Shown piece after piece: positions 24,801 to 39,800 of a DNA stretch of 64,000 nucleotides. This DNA is from Haliotis rufescens (taxonomy: Eukaryota): assembly GCF_023055435.1 (NCBI RefSeq), contig NW_025963979.1, positions 4,650,001-4,714,000 on the forward strand, read 5' to 3'. The notes below the pieces were generated by a model, which was not told the DNA's origin, did not search any database, and was given only the letters and a program-made list of their open reading frames with translations. Made by a program: the position numbers and the translations under genes. Position 1 is the stretch's first letter, and each line of letters opens with the position of its first letter.

Positions 24801-27800
24801 TATTTCACAAGTGCAAATATTATTACAATGTTGTGTAAATTATTACCCTCTAAAATAAAAAGTATTTCACTTAATGTTATGTGTTTTTGTATCACGAAGT
24901 ACACACTGACTCTCATGATTCATTTCATGTATACATTGAAAATAAATTTAGACAACCTTCTAATCTAGAACTATTGAACTTCTGTTTCTCTTCATTCCAG
25001 AAAGGGAGACGAAAGAAGTTAACTGTTTTGCTGGAATCTACACATTCAAGTCCAGTAAGTCCAAAGTCTTTCTCATTGAACTTGTCAGTTTTGTATCAGT
25101 CACACAGGTAGCCTTATTAAACAACAATGTTGCAATTATTGACAAGTTTGTAGTGAGAGCAGGTGTGACCAGAAGATAAGGGGTGGCTGAAAAGTTCTGA
25201 GCCTAACTACAAATTACAATGGTTTTCAATTATTTTTCGGGAGGTAGTCCACCATTAGGATTCCTTTGGAATCCTAGAAAACTGAAGCCTTCAGCTTGCC
25301 AGCTGATGGAACAGACTATCAGTCTCAGACAAATTCTGCTATTCTGCAATCGCAGAAAGATTTGCAGAAAATTTGACTTACCACAGAATTGCAGAAAAAT
25401 CACGGAATTTGCCTTTTTAATTAATTAATACACTTATTTTCATTTTTGTTTATTTTCAAGCTTTTCTATCAAAATTTGCACTCAAATGATGCTCAAACAT
25501 GTAACATGCAATTCAAACATACAAAACATGAATCCTACAATGAAAATTTGAAATATATCATTCCGACTTCATGTTGCTCATGTTCCTGTGGTATTATGAC
25601 TACATAAACTATGTAACCATAAATAAATAGCAGACACTATGTATATGTATTTGCATAATTCTATGTCTTGAAATGTCTAAATACAAGAGACTAAGTTTTT
25701 TAAATGAGTTTGTAGTATTGTTTCTGGGGAAATGGTTATGCTGTTATTTGCCGCAGAATGTTGGTAATTTTACTGCAGAATTCATCTGGGACTGGACTTT
25801 GCCTTCTGAGAAGGAGATGTTAGACGTTTCCACTGCTTTGACTATTGTTTAGCCTCTGGCTGATAGTGGTGAACCCAAGTCTCATCCATGCATGTTATAA
25901 AAAATAGCTCAACAAACGCAGCTGGGTCTGCGTCAAAAGGAGGTAAATTTTCAAGAAAGATGACGAATCTGGAGTGTTTCTGATCAGAAGTCTTGGAACC
26001 CAGCGTGCCCAGCTCATTCCTTAGATTGTTCTCAACCCTCTCATGCGAGATGCCTACACTATTGGCTATGTGACATGTGGTGATTCATATTTTATCACCA
26101 TTTTCCAAAGTGGTGGCAGTTGAAGGTCTTCCTGAACTTGGATCATCTTTGAGTCTCCCTCTTGAACTCTGCTGCCCACCACTTAAAAGTGTGACAGGAA
26201 AGAGCATCATCCCCTGAGGTTGACACTGTCTGCATGAATAGCTGTTGGAGTTGGCCCTAACAGTTGGATATACTTGATGACAGCATAGTAGCCAATTTTG
26301 TCCATTTTCACCAATGGAGGATACCTCATCACTGTGATGCCTGCAGAATTATGTTGCCTGGTTGTGTATTTGGTTCAGCCTGTAAGCATGGGAAGTATTG
26401 TACTTAACACATACATGCTGTATAAGGGTGAACTGGCCATCCTACATAGTTAGACTCAAGACTTAGACTTCACCCATGAAAAGAAATAAATCTGAAATGC
26501 CATATTTGTTCACCTTCCTCACCTTCACTGAAACATCTGTATCAAAACAATGTTAAAACTTTAGCCAAGTCCACTATATTAATGGAATCTTTCATTGCAC
26601 TGGGGTTTCCATGTTCTTTGCCATCAACCACTGATGAGTTGCATTGAACACCCACTCATCACTCAAGTAGTAATAGTGAACATGCCTAATGATATGGCCT
26701 TCATTTCTCAATGCAATACTCACTGAAATATTCCATGTTGTGACACATTTCAGCCCTTGTCCCCGGACTCAGTCAGAGGGTGAAACACATATCTAAAATC
26801 AGCATGCAGCCCAGCAAGACAGCTCTCAGTGTGAGTATCTGGGGTCACAGCAGCAGGCTTCGATCCCACTATAGCACATTACAAATGCCTATTTAGTAGT
26901 ATTACACAGAAAGTGTTGAAGCTACAGGCTTTGATCCCACTATAGCACATTACAAATATCTTCTTCTTTTTCTTCGTGTTGAAGCTACAGGGTTTGATCC
27001 CTCCATTTGTCACTAGGGTACGAATAAGGTGTTGGAGCTAGAGTTTGATCCCACCATTTGTCACTAGGGTACATAGGAAGGGTTGAAGCTACATGGTTTG
27101 ATCCCTCCCTTTGTCACTAGGGTACACATAAAGTGTTGGAGCTAGAGTTTGATCCCACCATTTGTCACTAGGGTACATAGGAAGTGTTGAAGCTACATGG
27201 TTTGATCCCTCCCTTTGTCACTAGGGTACACATAAAGTGTTGAAGCTAGAGTTTGATCCCACCATTTGTCACTAGGGTACATAGGAAGGGTTGAAGCTAC
27301 ATGGTTTGATCCCTCCCTTTGTCACTAGGGTACACATAAAGTGTTGAAGCTAGAGTTTGATCCCACCATTTGTCACTAGGGTACATAGGAAGGGTTGAAG
27401 CTACATGGTTTGATCCCTCCCTTTGTCACTAGGGTACACATAAAGTGTTGAAGCTAGAGTTTGATCCCACCATTTGTCACTAGGGTACATAGTAAGTGTT
27501 GAAGCTACATGGTTTGATCCCTCCCTTTGTCACTAGGGTACACATAAAGTGTTGAAGCTCGAGTTTGATCCCACCATTTGTCACTAGGGTACATAGGAAG
27601 TGTTGAGGCTACATGGTTTGATCCCTCCCTTTGTCACTATGGTACACATAAAGTGTTGGAGCTAGAGTTTGATCCCACCATTTGTCACTAGGGTACATAG
27701 TAAGTGTTGAAGCTACAGGGTTTGATCCCTCCATTTGTCACTAGGGTACATAGGAAGTGTTGAAGCTACAGGGTATGATGCCTCCCTTTGTCACTAGGGT

Positions 27801-30800
27801 ACATAGGAAGTGTTGAAGCTACAGGGTTTGATCCCTCCATTTGTCACTAGGGTACATAGGAAGTGTTGAAGCTACAGGGTATGATGCCTCACTTTGTCAC
27901 TAGGGTACATAGGAAGTGTTGGGGCTACAGGCTTTGATCCCACTATAGCACATTACAAATATCTTCTTCTTTTTCTTTGTGTTGAAGCTACATGGTTTGA
28001 TCCCTCCCTTTGTCACTAGGGTTCACATAAAGTGTTGAAGCTAGAGTTTGATCCCACCATTTGTCACTAGGGTACATAGGAAGTGTTGAAGCTACATGGT
28101 TTGATCCCTCCCTTTGTCACTAGGGTACACATAAAGTGTTGAAGCTCAAGTTTGATCCCACCATTTGTCACTAGGGTACATAGGAAGTGTTGAAGCTACA
28201 TGGTTTGATCCCTCCCTTTGTCACTAGGGTACACATAAAGTGTTGAAGCTCGAGTTTGATCCCACCATTTGTCACTAGGGTACATAGGAAGTGTTGAAGC
28301 TACATGGTTTGATCCCTCCATTTGTCACTAGGGTACATAGGAAGTGTTGAAGCTCGAGTTTGATCCCACCATTTGTCACTAGGGTACATAGTAAGTGTTG
28401 AAGCTACAGGGTTTGATCCCTCCATTTGTCACTAGGGTACATAGGAAGTGTTGAAGCTACAGGGTATGATGCCTCCCTTTGTCACTAGGGTACATAGGAA
28501 GTGTTGAAGCTACAGGGTATGATGCCTCCCTTTGTCACTAGGGTATAGGAAGTGTTGAGGCTACAGGCTTTGATCCCCCATTTGTCACTAGGGTACATAG
28601 GAAGTGTTGAGGCTACAGGCTTTGATCCCACCATTTGTTACTTGGGTACATAGGAAGTGTTGAGGCTACAGGCTTTGATCCCACCATTTGTCACTAGGGT
28701 ACATAGGAAGTGTTGAGGCTACAGGCTTTGATCCCATCATTTGTCACTAGGGTACATAGGAAGTGTTGAGGCTACAGGCTTTGATCCCCCCATTTGTCAC
28801 TAGGGTACATAGGAAGTGTTGAGGCTACAGGCTTTGATCCCACCATTTGTTACTAGGGTACATAGGAAGTGTTGAGGCTACAGGCTTTGATCCCACCATT
28901 TGTCACTAGGGTACATAGGAAGTGTTGAAGCTACAGGCTTTGATCCCCCATTTGTCACTAGGGTACATAGGAAGTGTTGAAGCTCGAGTTTGATCCCACC
29001 ATTTGTCACTAGGGTACATAGGAAGTGTTGAAGCTACATGGTTTGATCCCTCCCTTTGTCACTAGGGTACACATAAAGTGTTGAATCTCGAGTTTGATCC
29101 CACCATTTGTCACTAGGGTACATAGGAAGTGTTGAAGCTACATGGTTTGATCCCTCCATTTGTCACTAGGGTACATAGGAAGTGTTGAAGCTAGAGTTTG
29201 ATCCCACCATTTGTCACTAGGGTACATAGTAAGTGTTGAAGCTACAGGGTTTGATCCCTCCATTTGTCACTAGGGTACATAGGAAGTGTTGAAGCTACAG
29301 GGTATGATGCCTCCCTTTGTCACTAGGGTACATAGGAAGTGTTGAAGCTACAGGGTATGATGCCTCCCTTTGTCACTAGGGTATAGGAAGTGTTGAGGCT
29401 ACAGGCTTTGATCCCCCATTTGTCACTAGGGTACATAGGAAGTGTTGAGGCTACAGGCTTTGATCCCACCATTTGTTACTTGGGTACATAGGAAGTGTTG
29501 AGGCTACAGGCTTTGATCCCACCATTTGTCACTAGGGTACATAGGAAGTGTTGAGGCTACAGGCTTTGATCCCATCATTTGTCACTAGGGTACATAGGAA
29601 GTGTTGAGGCTACAGGCTTTGATCCCCCCATTTGTCACTAGGGTACATAGGAAGTGTTGAGGCTACAGGCTTTGATCCCACCATTTGTTACTAGGGTACA
29701 TAGGAAGTGTTGAGGCTACAGGCTTTGATCCCACCATTTGTCACTAGGGTACATAGGAAGTGTTGAGGCTACAGGCTTTGATCCCACCATTTGTCACTAG
29801 GGTACATAGGAAGTGTTGAAGCTACAGGCTTTGATCCCCCATTTGTCACTAGGGTACATAGGAAGTGTTGAAGCTACAGGGTATGGTGCCTCCCTTTGTC
29901 ACCAGGGTACATAGGAAGTGTTGAAGCTAGATTTTGATCCCACCATTTGTCACTAGGGTACATAGGAAGTGTTGAAGCTACAGGCTTTGATCCCCCATTT
30001 GTCACTAGGGTACATAGGAAGTGTTGAGGCTACAGGCTTTGATCCCACCATTTGTCACTAGGGTACATAGGAAGTGTTGAAGCTACAGGCTTTGATCCCC
30101 CATTTGTCACTAGGGTACATAGGAAGTGTTGAGGCTACAGGCTTTGATCCCACCATTTGTCACTAGGGTACATAGGAAGTGTTGAGGCTACAGGCTTTGA
30201 TCCCCCATTTGTCACTAGGGTACATAGGAAGTGTTGAGGCCACAGGCTTTGATCCCACCATTTGTCACTAGGGTACATAGGAAGTGTTGAAGCTACAGGC
30301 TTTGATCCCCCATTTGTCACTAGGGTACATAGGAAGTGTTGAGGCCACAGGCTTTGATCCCACCATTTGTCACTAGGGTACATAGGAAGTGTTGAGGCTA
30401 CAGGCTTTGATCCCACCATTTGTCACTAGGGTACATAGGAAGTGTTGAGGCTACAGGCTTTGATCCCACCATTTGTCACTAGGGTACATAGGAAGTGTTG
30501 AAGCTACAGGCTTTGATCCCCCATTTGTCACTAGGGTACATAGGAAGTGTTGAAGCTACAGGGTATGGTGCCTCCCTTTGTCACCAGGGTACATAGGAAG
30601 TGTTGAAGCTAGATTTTGATCCCACCATTTGTCACTAGGGTACATAGGAAGTGTTGAAGCTACAGGCTTTGATCCCCCATTTGTCACTAGGGTACATAGG
30701 AAGTGTTGAGGCTACAGGCTTTGATCCCACCATTTGTCACTAGGGTACATAGGAAGTGTTGAAGCTACAGGCTTTGATCCCCCATTTGTCACTAGGGTAC

Positions 30801-33800
30801 ATAGGAAGTGTTGAGGCTACAGGCTTTGATCCCACCATTTGTCACTAGGGTACATAGGAAGTGTTGAGGCTACAGGCTTTGATCCCCCATTTGTCACTAG
30901 GGTACATAGGAAGTGTTGAGGCCACAGGCTTTGATCCCACCATTTGTCACTAGGGTACATAGGAAGTGTTGAAGCTACAGGCTTTGATCCCCCATTTGTC
31001 ACTAGGGTACATAGGAAGTGTTGAGGCCACAGGCTTTGATCCCACCATTTGTCACTAGGGTACATAGGAAGTGTTGAAGCTACAGGCTTTGATCCCACCA
31101 TTTGTCACTAGGGTACATAGGAAGTGTTGAGGCCACAGGCTTTGATCCCACCATTTGTCACTAGGGTACATAGGAAGTGTTGAAGCTACAGGCTTTGATC
31201 CCACCATTTGTCACTAGGGTACATAGGAAGTGTTGAGGCCACAGGCTTTGATCCCACCATTTGTCACTAGGGTACATAGGAAGTGTTGAGGCCACAGGCT
31301 TTGATCCCACCATTTGTCACTAGGGTACATAGGAAGTGTTGAGGCTACAGGCTTTGATCCCACCATTTGTCACTAGGGTACCCTAGTGTTCAGGGTTTTA
31401 CCTTGACTTACAAACTTGGGGCTCCTGGGGATCCCTATAATTGATTTAGGGGGTCCATACAGTAAATATGGGAGTCCTGTAAAGTAATGAAATGGTGTAG
31501 TTAAATTGGTGTGGTTATATTCCTTGTCATGAATTTTGTTCAATGAATATTATTGTGCGTTCCTTGGCATGCAATATTTTTTTTTGTCTACGTCAACTCT
31601 TTGCATTTGTGCACCTTTCTGCATTGTGTACCACCTCGAGTGTTGAAGCTACTCCAGCTGTTTGGGTTTGATCCCACCATTTGTCACATGTGCTTAGGAC
31701 AAGATCATGGAGTCATTTTCAGTTTTGAGATGGTAATGTAATGTTCAGGTTATGATCTGAATGAGTATGGTTTAACTTGTGGGCCTCAGGATATAATGGA
31801 GCCATATATAAAAACAACAACTTTGTGGCCATTACACTGTCATCATGGTTCAAAATGAAATATAATTTGGTACATGTATAGTTAGCAGTGGGGCTCAACA
31901 CACCGGTAGATTCCTAGAAACGTGTGTACAGCTGATTGCTACTTCCAGCTTAGTTTACCAGAAAATACAGACTGTGATCTTAATCTCTGCATATAAAACA
32001 ATGCCTTTCAGAACAGGAAATACAATTTAATACATAAATCATCATGTCTTGTGTTTTTTTTATCTCAAATTTCAAATTTGTCTGGACCAAGTTTAATTGT
32101 TATGATTTGTTTGTTTCCCTGAATTCGCTGAAGGCATACGATGTAATTATACCCCCGTTTACGAAGTAAATCGGGGGTATATAGCGTTCCGTTCGTCCGT
32201 CCTTCCGTCTGTCCTTCCGTCTGTCCGTCCGGCCGTCCTTCCGTCCGAGCTTTTGTACGGCCTATAACTTTTTAACCATGCACCCTAGCTTCACCAAACT
32301 TGCTACATACATTTACCACAATGAGTACTTGTGCCTTTTGCTAGTTTGAAGATTCTGAATTTTTTAATTTTTGCCGTTTCCATGGAAACATTAGAAACTT
32401 AAACTTTTAGGGTGGGTGTTTTGTACGGCCTATATCTTTTTTAACTATGCACCCTAGCTTCACCAAACTTTCTACACACATTAACCACAATGAGTACTTG
32501 TGCCTTTTGCTAGTTTGAAGATTCTGAATTTTTTAATTTTTGCCGTTTCCATGGAATCATGGTGAAACATAAATTTTGGGTAGAGTTTTTGTACGATCCA
32601 TGTTTACAATATTATGTATCCTAGCTTCAGCAAACTTGCTACATTAACCACTATGATTGTTTTTTATCTTTTATAAGATTCTGAAAGTTTTCTCTTTTGC
32701 TGTTTTCATGGAAACATGATGGAATTTAGAAATTTTGATGACCGGTTTTGTATAGCTAATATATTTTCAAAAATTGTTTCCACACATGTAGATCATCATA
32801 AGTATCTGTGCTTTGAATTTATGAATTCTCTACCATATCTGTTTAGGCTAGATGGAAATTATTAATTTATTGATTTTCTTATATGATATTGTTCCATTTT
32901 TTGTGTTTTTATATCAACAATTTTTGGTCCTTTTGATAATTCTTCTTATGTAACTCCTCAATCAAATTTTTATTCAAAGGTGTTCATGGTGATCTACTTC
33001 CTCGTAGTGAACACTGGTAACATGGGAGTTTGGGGGGGGGGTCAATTGTCACTGGAACTCAATCTTAGTTTTTAAAACATTGAAGTTAAAATCAGATAGA
33101 AATATGTAATACAGTATTTCATTAATTAACAAACTATTTACTATTTGTTGTTGACCAGCGGGGATAACGGGGGTATGTGAGCTTTGCTCACTTCTTTCCT
33201 GTTTTTTTCTGCAGAAGACAAACACATTTTTATTGCAAATGTAGGGGTTGTGTATGCGCTGGTGACGTGCTTCATTCCCATTCGCTTTATAGACAGGGTA
33301 TATAAATTAGCATCGATTTTGAAGGCTTGTACAGAGGAGTCACCTTTTATGTGGGGTCACTTTATAGACGGCAATATACAGAACTTTTGTGACCTTCAGC
33401 TTGTATCTGGGTAGGGTCAGGTAATATGGGGTCGGGTACTTGGGTAGTAAATTTGGACTTGTACCAGTCCTATCATGTACAGTATCATACCGTTTGTCCT
33501 TATGTGAATCATACTTTGTTCAAATCATTAGATTTTAGTGTTGGTTTTTAGTCTCCACTACTTAAACAGAAAATATCTGAATATTAATACTGACTGCAAT
33601 TATTGTTAGGTGGGTGTCTATGTTGACTTTTTAAACTGCTGACTATATATTTAAGTGCATCTTCGAAAGGCAAGGGAGTTAACTGGCTATGAAAGTCAAG
33701 TTTCCACCCTTGCCGAACTAGGGTGGAATTTCTGGGCTCGATCGTAGCGCCACCAGTGGCTGTTATGAGTTATGTCCCTTCTATGCTTCTCTATCCAATC

Positions 33801-36800
33801 AGATTCCGCCTCTCATATCACTTGTATTTGCTTCAAACAAGATGGTGTCGCCCTGTCAAGATGATCTGATCGATAATCAAGATCTATGTCGTAATAAGAC
33901 GGGTCTTACATTGTGAAGTGCATCAAATCATGTGAGCATCTTGATTAAAAGCATGAAAAGATTTGGAAAGACTGGTCTGACGCCAAATTGTCGGTACACA
34001 TGCTTTGCAAATCTTGCGGTCGACCGAAATCTGCACAGACCAGATGTTGATTTTGTTGCACGATTTCTTTTGGACTATGCATAGACTCGTTAGTTCAGCC
34101 AAAATATCAATCCATTATTCCAGCCTAGTTTGGCAAGGGTGGAAACTGGACATTTCCGGGAAGATGATCTGGGTGAGCTAATGTGCTGTATCACTATTTT
34201 TCATGTTTCAGACAGGCTGGCATTGTTAATTTACTGACTGGAGCTGTGTAAGATATGTTATACATCAGAATTTAACTAACTTGTTACAGGCCAAGAAAGA
34301 GACCGGCAAGCCCAAATTTGTGGAAGTAAGTATTATAATTATAGAAGTGCCATCACTGTAATTTCAGCATACTGCTATTCAGAAAATTCCATTTTCTAAT
34401 ATTGGCTTCCTTTGCTGTAATATTTGATGTTCTATTGCCTTATCTTTTAATATTTTGTCCTCTTGGTTATAGCTGCATCAGTATCCAGGCTACGACCCGA
34501 CAGAGTTAACTCCCCTGCCTGATGGGATCGCTGCAGCAGATATGCTGAACAATGCAGCCGGGGCCTCCATGGCGCTCGATCGTAAAGTGAGTCATTATCT
34601 GTAGATAACCACAACTTGTGAGTGTTAAAGACTGTGTACAAACATCCTCACAGTTTCCGCACTTGTTAGATCATGCAACATCCTATTTGCACCTTTTGGT
34701 GTTAGAGATTTTCAAGTCTAAAATAGGCTGTGGTCCATGATTTCTGCTATGTGTGTGTGTGTACCCCATGACTGCCTGAACATGTGACAATGGCTGCTTG
34801 GACTGTAGAGTATTTGGTTGAATGTCTGTATAAAGATATTTCTCTAATTAAAGATTTAATAGGGCTGTACTTTTATGAATGTGTTTGAGAATTGTGAAGA
34901 ACTTGTGTGTGTTGTGCAGCCAGTCTATGACTTTGCATGGGTAATACTGAGTTATCATCTGTTGATTACAGCCGCACTTCAAGCCGGAGTTCGACCACCT
35001 GTTCTACTCACAGATGTCACAGGCAGTACTGCAGGTCAGATCATAAACACATTCTCGCCTTCATGTTGCTCTTTTATAACTTTTCCTCCGTGGTCTAGTG
35101 GTAGAGCGTCTGCCCGGAGAGCGGAAGGTCCGGGGTTCGATCCCGGGCCGCGTCATACCAAAAGACGTTAAAAGATGGTACTTGTTGTTACCCTGTCTGG
35201 CGCTCGGCATTAAGGGGCTAAAACAAGGACTGGTCGGCTCGAAGTCAGTATACTGTGTCTGAGTGGGGTATTCTTTTTAAACTGCGGCATGGTATCTCAG
35301 TGAGCTAGCACTATAAATCGGCATCAGTCCGGACTAGTACAAGCAGCCACACAAACACACACACATGCATGCATGTCGCTATATAAGTGCAATAATCTTG
35401 GATGCGATGTTGAACCCCATTTCACCTCACCTTTTATAACTTTTCAGGTTTTGGACATGTGGATTCTCAAAACAGTATCACATCACATTGCTACTATGTT
35501 GTTCTTGACGTTACACATGGATCAAGTCAGGGGAGCAGAAGACTGACTTCCATGAAAGTCCTTTGTGGACGAAATGGCTGAAACTTTCTTAATAATAATC
35601 ATAAGACATCTGTTTATGTATTCCTAATCTCACCTTGTCTGGTCCAATCTTAGTCTTTACTTAGTCTTACCATGTTTGTTCTTGGTCTCACCGTCTGTTT
35701 ACGTACAGGATCTATTCTGGTACTACTTCCTGGAGAAGTTCCAGTCCAGTCGCAACTCCCAGGTGAAGCTATTCAACCGTATCGCCCACAACTATGTGAA
35801 GCTGATGATCTATGCCAAGAACCCCGTCTACAGAGACACCTTCCTCAAGGTGGGACCACAATATGCATTTTCCGGCTTCCTTGGTTAAATCAGAGGATCT
35901 TCACAGGATTCCTTCAAGAAGTTTACAATAAACATGATTCTAATTTCCATATTGAGATAATTTAATTGTGGATTATCTGGTCCATACCTGATTATTTACA
36001 GGCCACCACCTATAGCTGTAATAATGCAGGTGTAGCATTAAAAAAACAAAAAACAATTTCATTCAATCATTGGGGGGAAAAGGCAACGATATTTGTGATC
36101 AACTGTGAGGTAAGGGATCTTATGGGTGAAAAGTCACATTTTGACTTCTTATTTTATTTTAAAACTACAGTATCCTAGGACAACAAAAATACAATTGATA
36201 ACCTTCATTTCATATTATTACAGAGATACATGGCATCAAACATTTGCACTCATTTCCTGCAAAGTTCCATGTTCAGACTTATAACTGTTTATGTAATGAT
36301 TGCAGTTATTTTATATAATGTCTGATTTATTGCAAGAAGACATGTATGCTGAAATGTTTAGATGTTTTTATTACATTTCAAACTAACAAGAGAATAATAA
36401 GATATTTTTGTACAGTCTGCACACATGGCAATTTTACAGAAGTAAATTGACGTCAAATGTCTTTCTTTGACGTCACGGGGGTGGTCGGGTAGCCTAGTGG
36501 TTAAAGCGTTCGCTCGTCACGCCGAAGACCCGGTTCCCGACATGTGGTACATCCCGGTACAATGTGTGAAGCCCATTTCTGGTGTCCCCCGCTGTGATAT
36601 TGCTGGAATATTGCTAAAAGTGGCGTAAAACCATACTCACTCACTCACTCTTTGACGTCACAGCACATTTGTATCCTAGCACCGTGAAGGTCCCTTTTCT
36701 CCTGGTTGGTCACATTGTGCTTCTATCCATGACATGTTTCTGACCTGCGTTCTGTGTGTGAGCAGGAGTACCCCATGCTGATGTGCCAGGCAGTCTACTC

Positions 36801-39800
36801 CGCCTTCTGCCATGCCTTCCCCGATTCATACCGCCAGTTTGGAGAGGTCTTCAAGGATGACCTTGTGGCCCTCATCATGGAGTGGATGACCGGTACATGC
36901 ATCCTTGTTGTGTGATTGTTGGTGTCATCATTGTGTCAGTGTTTGTGCGTTGTTTCAGTGTGTCATTGTTTCAGTGTGTCATTGTTGGTGTTTATATCAT
37001 TGTTGTGTTAATGTTTGTCATTGTTTGTGTAATGTTGTTTGTGTCATTGTGTAAGTGTAAGTAGTCTGAATAGAGCTGAGATAATGTGGTCTGTGTTGTG
37101 TTCCAGGGCTGCGTCTAGCCCCAAGGGTGTGGCTGACATGGAACATGGAGCATCTGGAGCCAGCCAACATCAAGATGAGGGAAGAAATACTCTCACAGAA
37201 AAACAAGAAGTGTAGGTTTCACATTCATTGTACTTGGTTTCCCATCTGTTGTTCCAGGTTTCACATCAGTTGTACTAGGTTTCCTATCTGTTGTATCAGG
37301 TTTCTCATCTGATGTACTAGGTTTCCCATTTATTGTACCAGGTTTCCCATCTGTTGTTCCAGGTTTCACATCTGTTGTTCCAGGTTTCCCATCTATTGCA
37401 CTAGGTTTCCCATCTATTGTACTAGGTTTCCCATCTATTGCACTAGGTTTCCCATCTCTTGTACTTGGTTTCCCATCTGTTGTACTAGGTTTCCCATCTA
37501 TTGTACCAGGTTTCCCAACTGTTGTTCCAGGTTTCCCATCTATTGCACTAGGTTTCCCATCTATTGTACTAGGTTTCCCATCTATTGCACTAGGTTTCCC
37601 ATCTCTTGTACTTGGTTTCCCATCTCTTGTACTTGGTTTCCCATCTATTGTACTAGGTTTCCCATCTGTTGTACTAGGTTTCCCATCTATTGTACCAGGT
37701 TTCCCAACTGTTGTTCCAGGTTTCACATCTGTTGTACTAGGTTTCCCATCTATTGCACTAGGTTTCCCATCTATGGTACCAGGTTCCCCATCTATTGTAC
37801 CAGGTTTCCCATCTGTTGTACAAGGTTTCCCATCTGTTGTACCAGGTTCCCCATCTATTGTACCAGGTTTCCCATCTATTGTACCAGGTTTCCCATCTGT
37901 TGTACCAGGTTCCCCATCTGTTGTACAAGGTTTCCCATCTATTGTACCAGGTTTCCCATCTTTTGTACCTAGGTTTCCCATCTGCTGTACCAGGTTCCCC
38001 ATCTATTGTACCAGTTTTCCCATCTTTTGTACCAGGTTTACCATCTGTTGTACCAGGTTTGCCATCTGTTGTTCCAGGTTTCACATCTGTTGTTCCAGGT
38101 TTCCTTTCTGTTGTACTAGGTTGCCCATGTGTTGTACTAGGTTTCCCATCAGCTGTACAAAGGTTTCGTATCTGTTGTACCAGGTTTCCCATCCATTGTG
38201 CTTGGTTTCCCATCTATTGTACTAGGTTTCCAATCTATTGTACCAGGTTACCCATCTGTTGTACTTGGATTCCCATCTGTTGTACCAGGTTTCACATCTG
38301 TTGTACCAGATTCACCATCTACTGTACCAGGTTTCTCATCTGATGTACTAGGTTTCACAACAACTTCACGCATCAAATCCTTGAAAAATACAGCAATAAA
38401 CTAACTCTCAATTTTTTTCTCTGCATTGTAAGTTGGAAGTTTAATTATTCATATATGTTAAATAATGTGTTATTTTATGGTAAAATTGTTGTATTATGTA
38501 AATATCAAGTTCTACATATGCCATTGTGCCCCTGCAGCCAGCACGGCAATCAACTTTGACTTCCTGGACAATCTGGTGTCCAGCGTCCCGAGTCAGTACA
38601 CATCCAATACCTCCCTCAACCAGTCAGGCTCGCGGTCGTCTCTCTCCTCAAACTGGACTCAGAAGAAACATGTACCCAGGATACCTCGCATTCGTAAAAG
38701 CACTCAGTCTATGTCTCGTAAAGTTTCCACTCTGAAAGTTGTCTCCCCTGCATCCTCCCAGGATTCCCATGTGATTGATACAGTTGCCGACGCACAGGTC
38801 AGTCCAAGGAAACCGTCGCAGAAGTTGCTGGACCCTCGGAAGTTGTTGGAGGCCCTGACTCCGATCCGAGAAATGACAGGGGAAGATGACGAGCCCCACC
38901 CAGACATGGAGGACAAGAAGCTCTCTCAGATGTCAACATCCGCAGCCAAGGAGGTCTCACACTCCCGGGACAATGCAGGCAAAATCGAGGTCAGTGAATT
39001 CATGCAGTATCACAGTAAACGAATCAAATGGGAGATGTTGCATAAATAGATTATTATACAAGAATGTGTGTTGAACTGACTTTACAAAACGAGTGTTTCT
39101 TCTTCTATTTCCTTAGCGAGAACGAGGGAATACATGAATTCTTTCAACAGATTCATAAAATCAGTTTGACACACATTCTTTATTACCAATGGAATCCATT
39201 TGAACCATTTTCTAGTGTGACGTCATTCCGACCTTACATCACAATAACATTTCAATGCCGTCAACAATGCTTTACAGATGACATAAACAATACACTGGTG
39301 TGCATGAAGTGATATTTACAATAGCGCACAAATTTTAAAGGGGTACAATGTGTGAAGCCCATTTCTTGTGTCCCTTGCCATAATATTGCTAAAAGGGTTG
39401 TAAAACCATAATGGCTAACTACTCCATCCTATCTATCCTAAGTAATAACAAGAGTTTGCCGATAACGTGGCTATATCCCCCGCCCCTGTTGCAGTATTTA
39501 CCCCCGGTATGACATAATTATATGTAAACAAACCCTAACCTTTTTTAACCGAGGTGGAACTTGTCATGGAAATTGTAAAAAAAAGGAGTTTGGAACCAAA
39601 GTCCATCTTGCTGCCATGGAAACGTAAAAAAATAAAAATTTCCAAATAGCAAAAGGCACCAGTTAAGCATGTACCTGACAAACCTGCAAAGTTTCATGAA
39701 AAAGTAATGAACAGTTTCTGAGTTATGCTCCGGAAACGAAACATGACGGATGGACAGAGCCCGTTTCTATATCCCCCCGAGGGGGCACGGGTGGCCCAGT

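Noticed and set aside
26850-31385. CRISPR-like or coding array (duplicate 94-aa ORFs)
   Set aside because: Contiguous tandem units with no unique spacers and no cas genes, in a eukaryotic intron.
37193-38343. Long repetitive ORFs (GKPGTTD)n and (YQVSHLL)n resembling a structural protein
   Set aside because: They are a by-product of a 21-bp (multiple of 3) minisatellite lying wholly inside a FAM227A intron, open in several frames on both strands.
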